Part shown: in pieces, positions 46,767 to 56,219 of the stretch
Numbering within the stretch: position 1 is the stretch's first letter
Layout of the letters: each line of letters starts with the position of its first letter
Assembly: GCA_028826165.1 (NCBI GenBank)
Contig: JAPDFW010000104.1
Span: forward strand, 1-64,000
Source of the DNA: Anaeramoeba ignava BMAN
Taxonomy: Eukaryota > Protista > Anaeramoebae
Direction: 5' to 3'
Length of the DNA stretch: 64,000 nt
Translations under genes and position numbers: made by a program
Notes under the pieces: generated by a model
The model's database searches: none
What the model saw: only the letters and a program-made list of their open reading frames with translations
Told to the model about the DNA's origin: nothing

Positions 46767-48653
46767 ATGTTACAACAAAATAATAATAATAATAACAATC
46801 AATTACAAGTATATAAAATAGGAATTTTTGGAGATGGAAATTCAGGAAGAACAAGTTTTACATATCAATTTATACAACAAATATTTATAGGAGAAAATGA
46901 TCCAACAATAGAAGATACATACAGAAAAGAAATAGAAATTGATAAGAAAAAAATAATAATAGAAATATTTGATACAACTGGTCAAGAAGAATTTACATAT
47001 TGGACAACATCAAGAAAAATGCAATTATGTGATGGATTTATTTTTATCTATTCAATAACAAGTAGAAGAAGTTTTGATGAAATTTCAGTTTTGATTGAAA
47101 ATGTTTTAAGAGTTAAAGATACAGATTCTGTTCCTATTTTTATTGTTGGAAATAAAATTGATTTGGAAGATCAAAGACAAGTTAGAAAAGAAGAAGCTGA
47201 AACTTTTTGTATTGAAAGAAATTTACCTTTTATGGAATTGGATTGCCATAATTATGAACAAGTTGAATCAGTTGTTATTCAATTATCTAAATTGATGAAA
47301 AATTGGAATCATTATATTGAAACGGAAAAAAGAAAAAAGAAAAAGAAATGGTTAAGGAAATTATTAGTTCCCAAAAAAGAATGTGAATTACCTGATGAAT
47401 TTACTCTTCCTTCTATTGATATTCAACAAAGCTCTTTCCAATTTGATTATGATAAGATTTTCCAAGATAAAATCAATACTGATGTTAAATTTAGTTTTGT
47501 TGATAATTCAAATAATCAAGGTTATTCATCATTTGATGCTCATCAAGCTATTCTTGCTTCAAGATGTTTTACATTTGGTAAAATTTTCAGAGGATTAAAA
47601 GAAAATAAACTTGAAGAAGTTCAACAAACTTGCAACAGCGTTAATTTGAAATTGATTGAAAATAAAGGAGAAATACTTACTCTTTCAACTGAATATTTCT
47701 CAATTCAATCTTTTTATTCAATGATAAGATTTTTATATTCAGCAATTATTGATGAAGAAGTGAAAAAAAGTGTTAAATTATCAAATGATTTACTTTCAAT
47801 TTCACAAATTTTCAAAATTGATAGTTTGAAAAATATTATGAATAAGAATATTTCAATTTTGGATTTGCAAGATAAATTGAAAGAAAAAAAAGAAAATGAG
47901 AAAGAAATATTAACGCAAATTTCAGATTTGGAAAATCAAATTTCAGAATTACTTTCAAATGAAATGATAACAATGTCAAATAGATTTGCAATGCTTCTTA
48001 GAAAATCACCATTTAGTGATTTCAGAATTATAATAAAAGAAGATGAAAAAGCAAGAGAAAGAAGATTCTTTGTTCATTCACCAATTCTTTCACAAAGATG
48101 TGAATATTTTCAATTAGTTCTTCGAAATGAAATGATGGAAAAAAAGAAAGAAGAAATATTACTTTCTGATATTAGTTTTGATTCCTTTTTACTTGTTATT
48201 GAATATATTTATTCAGATAGATTCTTGCCACCAAATGTAATCACAGCAAAACAAACTGGAAATACAAAACAAATTATTCAAGCTAATAAAATTATGTTGG
48301 AACTTCTTATTATTTGTGATTATTTCCAAATTCCAAGACTTCATCAATTATGTCAAAAGGATTTAATGGAAAATCTTCATGAAGATATGTTTGTTTTTGC
48401 TTTAAATGTTTCAAGTCAATGTAATGCTCAAATTCTTGAAGAATTTTGTATGATTCAAATTGGCAAAAATTTCCAAAAATTCAAAAAAGATCCTCAATTT
48501 AAAAATTATTTAGATCAAGAACAAAAAGATCAAATTAAAAAATATCAATTTCCTCCTGAAAATTATATTAAATATCACAAGAAATTTAAAGTTAAATTAG
48601 CAAAAAAATTTGGACTTATTGAAAAAGAAGATGAAAGATTAAAGAAAAATTAA
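46767..48653 (+). CDS. Ras-subfamily GTPase-like domain plus two BTB domains (RhoBTB-like architecture)
   Basis: GDGNSGRTS, DPTIEDTYRK, DTTGQEEF, VGNKID; BTB1 TDVKF..AHQAILASRC; BTB2 FSDFRI..VHSPILSQRCEYF..EYIYSD. Confidence 0.9.
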   Translation: MLQQNNNNNNNQLQVYKIGIFGDGNSGRTSFTYQFIQQIFIGENDPTIEDTYRKEIEIDKKKIIIEIFDTTGQEEFTYWTTSRKMQLCDGFIFIYSITSRRSFDEISVLIENVLRVKDTDSVPIFIVGNKIDLEDQRQVRKEEAETFCIERNLPFMELDCHNYEQVESVVIQLSKLMKNWNHYIETEKRKKKKKWLRKLLVPKKECELPDEFTLPSIDIQQSSFQFDYDKIFQDKINTDVKFSFVDNSNNQGYSSFDAHQAILASRCFTFGKIFRGLKENKLEEVQQTCNSVNLKLIENKGEILTLSTEYFSIQSFYSMIRFLYSAIIDEEVKKSVKLSNDLLSISQIFKIDSLKNIMNKNISILDLQDKLKEKKENEKEILTQISDLENQISELLSNEMITMSNRFAMLLRKSPFSDFRIIIKEDEKARERRFFVHSPILSQRCEYFQLVLRNEMMEKKKEEILLSDISFDSFLLVIEYIYSDRFLPPNVITAKQTGNTKQIIQANKIMLELLIICDYFQIPRLHQLCQKDLMENLHEDMFVFALNVSSQCNAQILEEFCMIQIGKNFQKFKKDPQFKNYLDQEQKDQIKKYQFPPENYIKYHKKFKVKLAKKFGLIEKEDERLKKN

Positions 48654-48701
48654 TTTTGAAAAAACGAAAAAACAAAAATCATTTTTTTCTTTTTTTCAAA
48701 A

Positions 48702-50486
48702 ATGAATTATTGTTTATTTTTTGGTTTAAATCAATTTCCAATTCTTATCAAAAATAAACCAAATAAAATAACAAAACCAATTCAATTTAAATTTGAAAAT
48801 GAAAATGAAAAACAAATTAAACAAATTTTATCAGGAAACATTTCAATAATTTTCCTTTTTAAAAATGGAAAAGCAATAAAATATTTAAATCAAAATCCTG
48901 AAAAAATCCAAATTGAAGAAAATATTCAAAAAGTAGCTATTGGTTCTCGAAATGAAGCTATTTTAACAAAAGAAAGAAATTTATTTGCCAAAGGAAAAGA
49001 TATTAATCCAAATAATTCAAATGAATTTATCAATATTTCATCATTAATTGAAGATAAAAATGATAGAGTAATCAAAGATATTGTTTCTGGAAATAGTTCA
49101 ATTTATTTATTAACTTCAAATCAAAATGTTTATGGAAATGGTTCAAATTATTATGGTCAACTTGGTTTTGATTCTAAAACACTTAAAGAAACAAAAAAAC
49201 CAATTTTAATGATGAAAAATGTTTCTAAAATATTTTCAGGAAATTCTTCAAATCATGTTTTTCTTTTAAATTCAAATCAAGAATTATTTGGATCTGGAAA
49301 TAATTTTTATTTTCAACTTGGATTAGGAGAATCAATAACAGAAGCAATAATCCAAAAATTAACCAAAATCCAAAATATTCCAAAAGGCAAAATAATTGAT
49401 ATTCAAACTGGATTTAATTTTTCAATAATGTTGATTGAAAATGAAAATGAAAATGAAAATCCAAAAAGAAAACTTTATTCATGTGGAAATTATCAATATA
49501 ATGGACTTGGCAAAAATGAAGATGCTTATGAATTTACTGAAATCAAATCATCTTTATTTGAAAATGATAATAATAATATTCTTGATTTTTCTGTTGGAAA
49601 TTCTCATAATTTGATTTTAACTTCTAATTCAAAATTGATAGGATTCGGAGGTAATTCTTATGGTCAATTAGGAACTGGAGATACAGAATATCAATTAATT
49701 CCAATTCAAATTAAACTTCCTAAATTAAGATTTAATGAAAATATTTCTAATTATCATATTTCTTGTGGTGAAAACAAATCATTTCTTTATTATTCTCCTC
49801 TTTCTTTTTCCAATCTTGAAGAAGATTTGATAAAATTATTTGAAAGAAGAGAATTTTGTGATATTTCATTTAAAACCAAAAATGGAGAAATAATCGAAGC
49901 TCATAAATTAATATTGAAATATAGATTAAAAGATGAAAATCAAATTGAAAAACTTCAAGAAATTATTTCAAAAAAATCAATCAAAGAATCAAATCAAATA
50001 TTTGAAATGATTTATTCAAACAGAATAATAAATCCAAAATTATATTTTGAAATTAAAGAAATTATAAATTCAAATGAAAAAATTGAAGAAACAATGAAAA
50101 GAATTTATTTAAATGAAAAAGATTTTATAATTGAAAGAAAAGAAAAACAATATAAATTTCCTAAATTAATATTAATAATGAGAAGTGAATTATATCGAGG
50201 AATGTTTTTATCTGTAACAAAAGATAAATCTAATAAAGTTACAGATTATAGTGAATTAAGTAATAAATCATTTCAAATATTTGAATATTGGATTTATTCA
50301 AATCAAATTAAAGATAAAATTCAAATTACACAACAAATAATTGATGAAATTGAAATTGGAATTGATTATTTTCAATTAAATGAAACAAATCCAAATTTAT
50401 TTCATTTATTAATTAATAAATTTAATAATCAAAATTACATTCAAAATCAAAATCAAAAAAAAGAAAAAAATTGTTTAATTTTTTAA
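48702..50486 (+). CDS. RCC1-BTB-BTB protein with a C-terminal CaaX (KKEKNCLIF)
   Basis: Intact ORF; GSNYYGQLG and GGNSYGQLG blades; FCDISF..AHKLIL; RSELYRGMF. Confidence 0.9.
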   Translation: MNYCLFFGLNQFPILIKNKPNKITKPIQFKFENENEKQIKQILSGNISIIFLFKNGKAIKYLNQNPEKIQIEENIQKVAIGSRNEAILTKERNLFAKGKDINPNNSNEFINISSLIEDKNDRVIKDIVSGNSSIYLLTSNQNVYGNGSNYYGQLGFDSKTLKETKKPILMMKNVSKIFSGNSSNHVFLLNSNQELFGSGNNFYFQLGLGESITEAIIQKLTKIQNIPKGKIIDIQTGFNFSIMLIENENENENPKRKLYSCGNYQYNGLGKNEDAYEFTEIKSSLFENDNNNILDFSVGNSHNLILTSNSKLIGFGGNSYGQLGTGDTEYQLIPIQIKLPKLRFNENISNYHISCGENKSFLYYSPLSFSNLEEDLIKLFERREFCDISFKTKNGEIIEAHKLILKYRLKDENQIEKLQEIISKKSIKESNQIFEMIYSNRIINPKLYFEIKEIINSNEKIEETMKRIYLNEKDFIIERKEKQYKFPKLILIMRSELYRGMFLSVTKDKSNKVTDYSELSNKSFQIFEYWIYSNQIKDKIQITQQIIDEIEIGIDYFQLNETNPNLFHLLINKFNNQNYIQNQNQKKEKNCLIF

Positions 50487-50686
50487 ACAAGAAATAATCA
50501 ATTAAATTAAAAGAGAAATTAACTATTTTCAATTAAATCAAACAAATTCAAATTTATTTCAAATTTATTAATTAAGAAATTTAAAAAATTTTAAAAAATA
50601 ATCAAAATGCGAAAAAATTTTTTGAAAAGAAAAAAAAATTTTTTTTTCATTTTTTTTTCATTTTTTTTCTTTCATCAAATTTAAAA

Positions 50687-52648
50687 ATGAATGAAATTTT
50701 ATTTTTTGGTTTAAATGAAAACCCAAAACTTATAAAAAATAAACCAAATAAAATAACAAAACCAATTCAATTTAAATTTGAAAATGAAAATGAAAATGAA
50801 AATGAAAAACAAATTAAACAAATTTCATCAGGAAACATTTCAACAATTTTCCTTTTTAAAAATGGAAAAGCAATAGAATATTTAAAAGAAGATGAAAAAT
50901 CAAAACTTTCCAAAAATGAAATTAAAATTGAAAATCTAAATCAAAATGAAAATCAACTTGATCAAATTCCAACAATAAATTCACAAATAATTTCTCTTGT
51001 TGAAGATGATAAATCAATTAAGTACTTGATCGATAAAAAAGAATATTCACCTGATCCTGAAAAAATCCAAATTGAAGAAAATATTCAAAAAGTAACTGTT
51101 GGTTCTCAAAATGTAGCTATTTTAACAAAAGAAGGAAATGTATTTGCCAAAGGAAAAGATATTAATCCAAATAATTCAAATGAATTTATCAATATTTCAT
51201 CATTAATTGAAGATAAAAATGATAGAATAATTCAAGATATTGTTTCTGGAGCTAATTCAATTTACTTATTAACTTCAAATCAAAATGTTTATGGAATTGG
51301 ATTAAATAACAATAGTCAACTTGGTTTTGATTATCAAATCCTTCCAAAAACAGAAAAACCAATTTTAATGATGAAAAATGTTTCTAAAATATTTTCAGGA
51401 AATTCTTCATATTTTGTTTTTCTTTTAAATTCAAATCAAGAATTATTTGGATGTGGTGATAACGGATATGGTCAACTTGGATTAGGAGAATCAAGAAATG
51501 AAATAGAAATCAATAAATTAACTCAAATTCAAAATATTCCAAAAGGCAAAATAATTGATATTCAATGTGGATATTGGCAATCAATAATGTTGATTGAAAA
51601 TGAAAATGAAAATGAAAATGAAAATGAAAATCCAAAAAGAAAACTTTATTCATGTGGTCATAACGGATTTAATGGACTTGGCAAAAATGAAGATACTTAT
51701 GAATTTACTGAAATCAAATCATCTTTATTTGAAAATGATGATAATATTCTTGATTTTTCTGTTGGAAGTTACCATACTTTGATTTTAACTTCTAATTCAA
51801 AATTGATAGGATTCGGAGGTAATTCTTATGGTCAATTAGGAACTGGAGATACAGAATATCAACTAATTCCAATTCAAATTAAACTTCCTAAATTAAGATT
51901 TAATGAAAATATTTCTAATTATCATATTTCTTGTGGTGAAAACAATTCATTTCTTTATTATTCTTCTCCTTCTTTTTCCAATCTTGAAGAAGATTTGATA
52001 AAATTATTTGAAAGAAAAGAATTTTGTGATATTTCATTTAAAACCAAAAATGGAGAAATAATCGAAGCTCATAAATTAATATTGAAATATAGATTAAATC
52101 AAAATGAAAAACTTAAAGAAATTATTTCAAATAAATCAATTAAAGAATCAAATCAAATATTTGAAATGATTTATTCAAACAATTCCAATATAAATCCAAA
52201 ATTATATTTTGAAATTAAAGAAATTATAAATTCAAATGAAAAAATTGAAGAAACAATGAAAAGAATTTATTTAAATGAAAAAGATTTTATAATTGAAAGA
52301 AAAGAAAAACAATATAAATTTCCTAAATTAATATTAATAATGAGAAGTGAATTATATCGAGGAATGTTTTTATCTGTAACAAAAGATAAATCTAATAAAG
52401 TTACAGATTATAGTGAATTAAGTAATAAATCATTTCAAATATTTGAATATTGGATTTATTCAAATCAAATTAAAGATAAAATTCAAATTACACAACAAAT
52501 AATTGATGAAATTGAAATTGGAATTGATTATTTTCAATTAAATCAAACAAATCCAAATTTATTTCATTTATTAATTAAAAAATTTAATAATCAAAATTAC
52601 ATTCAAAATCAAAATCAAAAAAAAGAAAAAAATTGTTTAATTTTTTAA
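50687..52648 (+). CDS. RCC1-BTB-BTB-CaaX tandem duplicate
   Basis: The C-terminal half and about 95 bp of 3' flank are near-identical to the 48702-50486 copy; insertion of about 55 aa near the N-terminus. Confidence 0.9.
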   Translation: MNEILFFGLNENPKLIKNKPNKITKPIQFKFENENENENEKQIKQISSGNISTIFLFKNGKAIEYLKEDEKSKLSKNEIKIENLNQNENQLDQIPTINSQIISLVEDDKSIKYLIDKKEYSPDPEKIQIEENIQKVTVGSQNVAILTKEGNVFAKGKDINPNNSNEFINISSLIEDKNDRIIQDIVSGANSIYLLTSNQNVYGIGLNNNSQLGFDYQILPKTEKPILMMKNVSKIFSGNSSYFVFLLNSNQELFGCGDNGYGQLGLGESRNEIEINKLTQIQNIPKGKIIDIQCGYWQSIMLIENENENENENENPKRKLYSCGHNGFNGLGKNEDTYEFTEIKSSLFENDDNILDFSVGSYHTLILTSNSKLIGFGGNSYGQLGTGDTEYQLIPIQIKLPKLRFNENISNYHISCGENNSFLYYSSPSFSNLEEDLIKLFERKEFCDISFKTKNGEIIEAHKLILKYRLNQNEKLKEIISNKSIKESNQIFEMIYSNNSNINPKLYFEIKEIINSNEKIEETMKRIYLNEKDFIIERKEKQYKFPKLILIMRSELYRGMFLSVTKDKSNKVTDYSELSNKSFQIFEYWIYSNQIKDKIQITQQIIDEIEIGIDYFQLNQTNPNLFHLLIKKFNNQNYIQNQNQKKEKNCLIF

Positions 52649-53159
52649 ACAAGAAATAATCAATTAAATTAAAAGAGAAATTAACTATTTTCAATTAAAT
52701 CAAACAAATTCAAATTTATTTCAAATTTATTAATTAAAAAATAAATTCTTCTTATTCTTTTTTTAATTTAAAAAAAATGAAATAAAAAATTTGATTTTTG
52801 ATTTTTTAATTTGGAAAAGAAATGAAAAAAGAAATCAAAATCAAAATCAAAATTAAAATTAAAATCAAAATCAAAATCAAAATCAAAATCAAAATCAAAA
52901 TCAAAATCAAAATTAAAATCAAAATTAAAATCAAAAATTAAAATCAAAATAAAAATTAAAATCAAAATCAAAATAAAAATTAAAATCAAAATCAAATTAA
53001 AATTAAAATCAAAATTAAAATTAAAATTAAAATTAAAATTAAAATTAAAATTAAAATTAAAATCAAAATTAAAATTAAAAATCAAAATTAAAATCAAAAT
53101 TAAAATTAAAATAAAAATAAAAATCAAAATCAAAATTAAAATCAAAATTAAAATCAAAA

Positions 53160-54330
53160 TTAAAAATGAGAAGAAAATTTTTCCATTTGAAGAAGAAGGA
53201 GTTGGATATTGATAAGAATTTGTAAAATATTCAAAACTTTTTAATGAATTATAAGAAATATTCAAAAATATTCATCAAATATTTTTGTAGAAAGTAAATG
53301 ATTTGAAGTTATTTAAATTTTGAATAATTTGATTTCATAATTTCTTGTTTGTGAATTTTGGAAATTTGTGAAAAAATATCCCCAAGTATTAATTGATTCA
53401 ATTATTAATGAAAGAAATGAAAGAAATACTAAAACTTCTAAATAATCATTAATAATTTCCAAATTAGTTAAATTGATTCTAAAAATTTGATTAAGATTTG
53501 AATATGGAAAAAATAGAAGAATTGATGAATTTCATCAATAAACATTGTTTTAACATAAAAATATGTTAAATTTGAAAATCCAATATCAATAAAATTTGAT
53601 AAATCAATTTTATCAAGATGATAACATGTGCCAACATAACTATAATCAGAAATCAAAGCATAAAAATATTGGTTTGAATAATTAATCAAAAAGTTTTTAA
53701 TTTTTTGTGTTTGAGTTAAAATCAAAGTATCAATTATTTGCAAATCAGAACAAGTAATTTTAATAATTGAATAATTTACATTTGAATAATTATAAAATGC
53801 AATAAAGAATTTGATTTTCTTTATTAAAATATGGTTGTATCAACAGTTACATTTGAATAAATGAATTTTTTGTTATTAATTAAGAAAGTTGATAAATCCA
53901 ATTTAAGAAATCAATAATTATCCATGAAAAATTAAGCAAATTAATTTGTTGAATCAATTTCTCCATAATAAATTTCACTATTAGAATTGAGAATTAGATA
54001 ATCAATAATCTCAAATGAGGTGAGATTAATTTTAATGATCAATTCATTATAATTATTAAACAAAACATAACTTATCTGATTATGTTCATCAATCAAAACA
54101 AATTTTGGATTGATATAATAAAAATAACTCAACATTTAGCATAAGTAATTTCCTAGTTAAGATAATCAACAAGTTTTAATATCAAATTTAAAAAAATTAA
54201 GAATTTGAACTTGATCCAAGATTAACATAATAAACAAATCCTTCTTCATTATCAATTAAAGAAACAGATAGATCAATTATTCCAAGTTAGAAATTGAAAA
54301 TATAAACTGGAATAACTTAATTTTGAATTA
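53160..54330 (-). pseudogene. Fragmented gene for a beta-rich repeat protein (KINLTSFEIID / KIDLSNFIDIG repeats); function unknown
   Basis: Several short collinear minus-strand ORFs with similar repeated motifs, interrupted by stops and frameshifts. Confidence 0.45.
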
Positions 54331-54360
54331 TCAAAAGAAAAAGAAAAATGAATTTATTTT

Positions 54361-56103
54361 TTATTTTTGATTATTAAATTTCTTAATTAATAAATTCAAT
54401 AAATTTGGATTTGTTTGATTTAATTGAAAATAATCAATTCCTCTTTCTAATTCATTAATTATTTCTTTTGTAATTTGAATTCCTTCTTTAATTTGATTTG
54501 AATAAATCCAATATTCAAATATTTGAAATGATTTATTACTTAATTCACTATAATCTGTAACTTTATTTGATTTATCTTCAGTTACAGATAAAAACATTCC
54601 TCGATATAATTCACTTCTCATTATTAATATTAATTTTGGAAATTTATATTGTTTTTCTTTTCTTTCAATAATAAAATCTTTTTCATTTAAATAAATTCTT
54701 TTCATTGTTTCTTCAATTTTTTCATTTAAATTTATAATTTCTTTAATTTCAGAATATAATATTGGATTTATTATTCTGTTTGAATAAATCATTTCAAATA
54801 TTTGATTTGATTCTTTAATTGATTTATTTGAAATAATTTCTTGAAGTTTTTCATTTTGATTTTGATCTTTTAATCTATATTTCAATATTAATTTATGAGC
54901 TTCAATTATTTCTCCATTTTTGGTTTTAAATGAAATATCACAAAATTCTTTTCTTTCAAATAATTTTATCAAATCTTCTTCAAGATTGGAAAAAGAAGAA
55001 AGGAAAGGAGAATAATAAAGAAATGAACTATGGAAATTACCACAAGAAATATGATAATTAGAAATATCTTCATTAAATCTTAATTTAGGAAGTTTAATTT
55101 GAATTGGAATTTTTTGATTTATTATATCTCCAATTCCTAATTCACCATGAGAATTACTTCCAAATCCTATTAAAATTGAATTAGAAGTTAAAATTAAAGT
55201 ATGATAACCACCAACTGCAATTTCAAGAATATAATCATCATTTTCAAATAAAGATGATTTGATTTCAGTAAATTCATAAGTATTCTTCTTTGTATCAAGT
55301 CCATTATATTTAGAATATCCACATGAATAAAGTTTTCTTTTTAGATTTTCAATTTCAATCAACATTATTGAATGAAAATTTCCAGTTTGAATATCAATTA
55401 TTTTACCTTTTGGAATATTTTGAATTTTGGTTAATTTTTGGATTTTTTCTTTTCTTGATTTTCTTAATCCAAGTTGACCATAAAGATTAGATCCAGATGT
55501 AAATAATTCTTGATTTGAATTTAAAAGAAAAAGAAAATTTGAAGTATTTCCTGAAAATATTTTAGAAACATTTTTCATCATTAAAATTGGTTTTTCTGTT
55601 TCTTTAATTTTTTTAGAATTAAAACCAAGTTGACCATAATAATTTGAACCAATTCCATAAACATTTTGATTTGAAGTTAATAAATAAATTGAATGAGCAC
55701 TACAAATGAAATCTTGAATTATTCTATCATTTGTATCTTCAATTAATGATGAAATATTGATAAATTGATTTGGATTTTTTGAATTAATATCATATCCTTT
55801 TGCAAATACATTTCCTTCTTTTGTTAAAATAGCTTCATTTTTAACACCAACAGTTACTTTTTGAATATTTTCTTCAATTTGGATTTTTTCAGGATTTTCA
55901 TTTAAACCATTTTCATTTAAATATTCTATTGCTTTTCCATTTTCAAAAAGGAAAATTGTTGAAAATCTTCCTGATGAAATTTGTTTAATTTGTTTTTCAT
56001 TTTCATTTTCAAATTTAAATTGAATTGGTTTTATTATTTTATCTGGTTCATTTTTTATAAGAATTGGATTTAGATTTTGACCAATAAATATAATTTCATT
56101 CAT
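54361..56103 (-). CDS. RCC1-BTB-BTB paralogue, inverted, without CaaX
   Basis: Intact 580-aa ORF aligning end to end with the 48702 and 50687 copies; ends KKFNNQK. Confidence 0.9.
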   Translation of the reverse strand: MNEIIFIGQNLNPILIKNEPDKIIKPIQFKFENENEKQIKQISSGRFSTIFLFENGKAIEYLNENGLNENPEKIQIEENIQKVTVGVKNEAILTKEGNVFAKGYDINSKNPNQFINISSLIEDTNDRIIQDFICSAHSIYLLTSNQNVYGIGSNYYGQLGFNSKKIKETEKPILMMKNVSKIFSGNTSNFLFLLNSNQELFTSGSNLYGQLGLRKSRKEKIQKLTKIQNIPKGKIIDIQTGNFHSIMLIEIENLKRKLYSCGYSKYNGLDTKKNTYEFTEIKSSLFENDDYILEIAVGGYHTLILTSNSILIGFGSNSHGELGIGDIINQKIPIQIKLPKLRFNEDISNYHISCGNFHSSFLYYSPFLSSFSNLEEDLIKLFERKEFCDISFKTKNGEIIEAHKLILKYRLKDQNQNEKLQEIISNKSIKESNQIFEMIYSNRIINPILYSEIKEIINLNEKIEETMKRIYLNEKDFIIERKEKQYKFPKLILIMRSELYRGMFLSVTEDKSNKVTDYSELSNKSFQIFEYWIYSNQIKEGIQITKEIINELERGIDYFQLNQTNPNLLNLLIKKFNNQK

Positions 56104-56219
56104 TTTTATTTTTTTATTTTAAAATTGTTTAATTTTTTAAAAAAGAAAAAAAAATGAAAAAAAAAATTAAAAAAAATCATTTTTTCATTTTTTCATTTTT
56201 AAAAAAATTTTAAAAGAAA

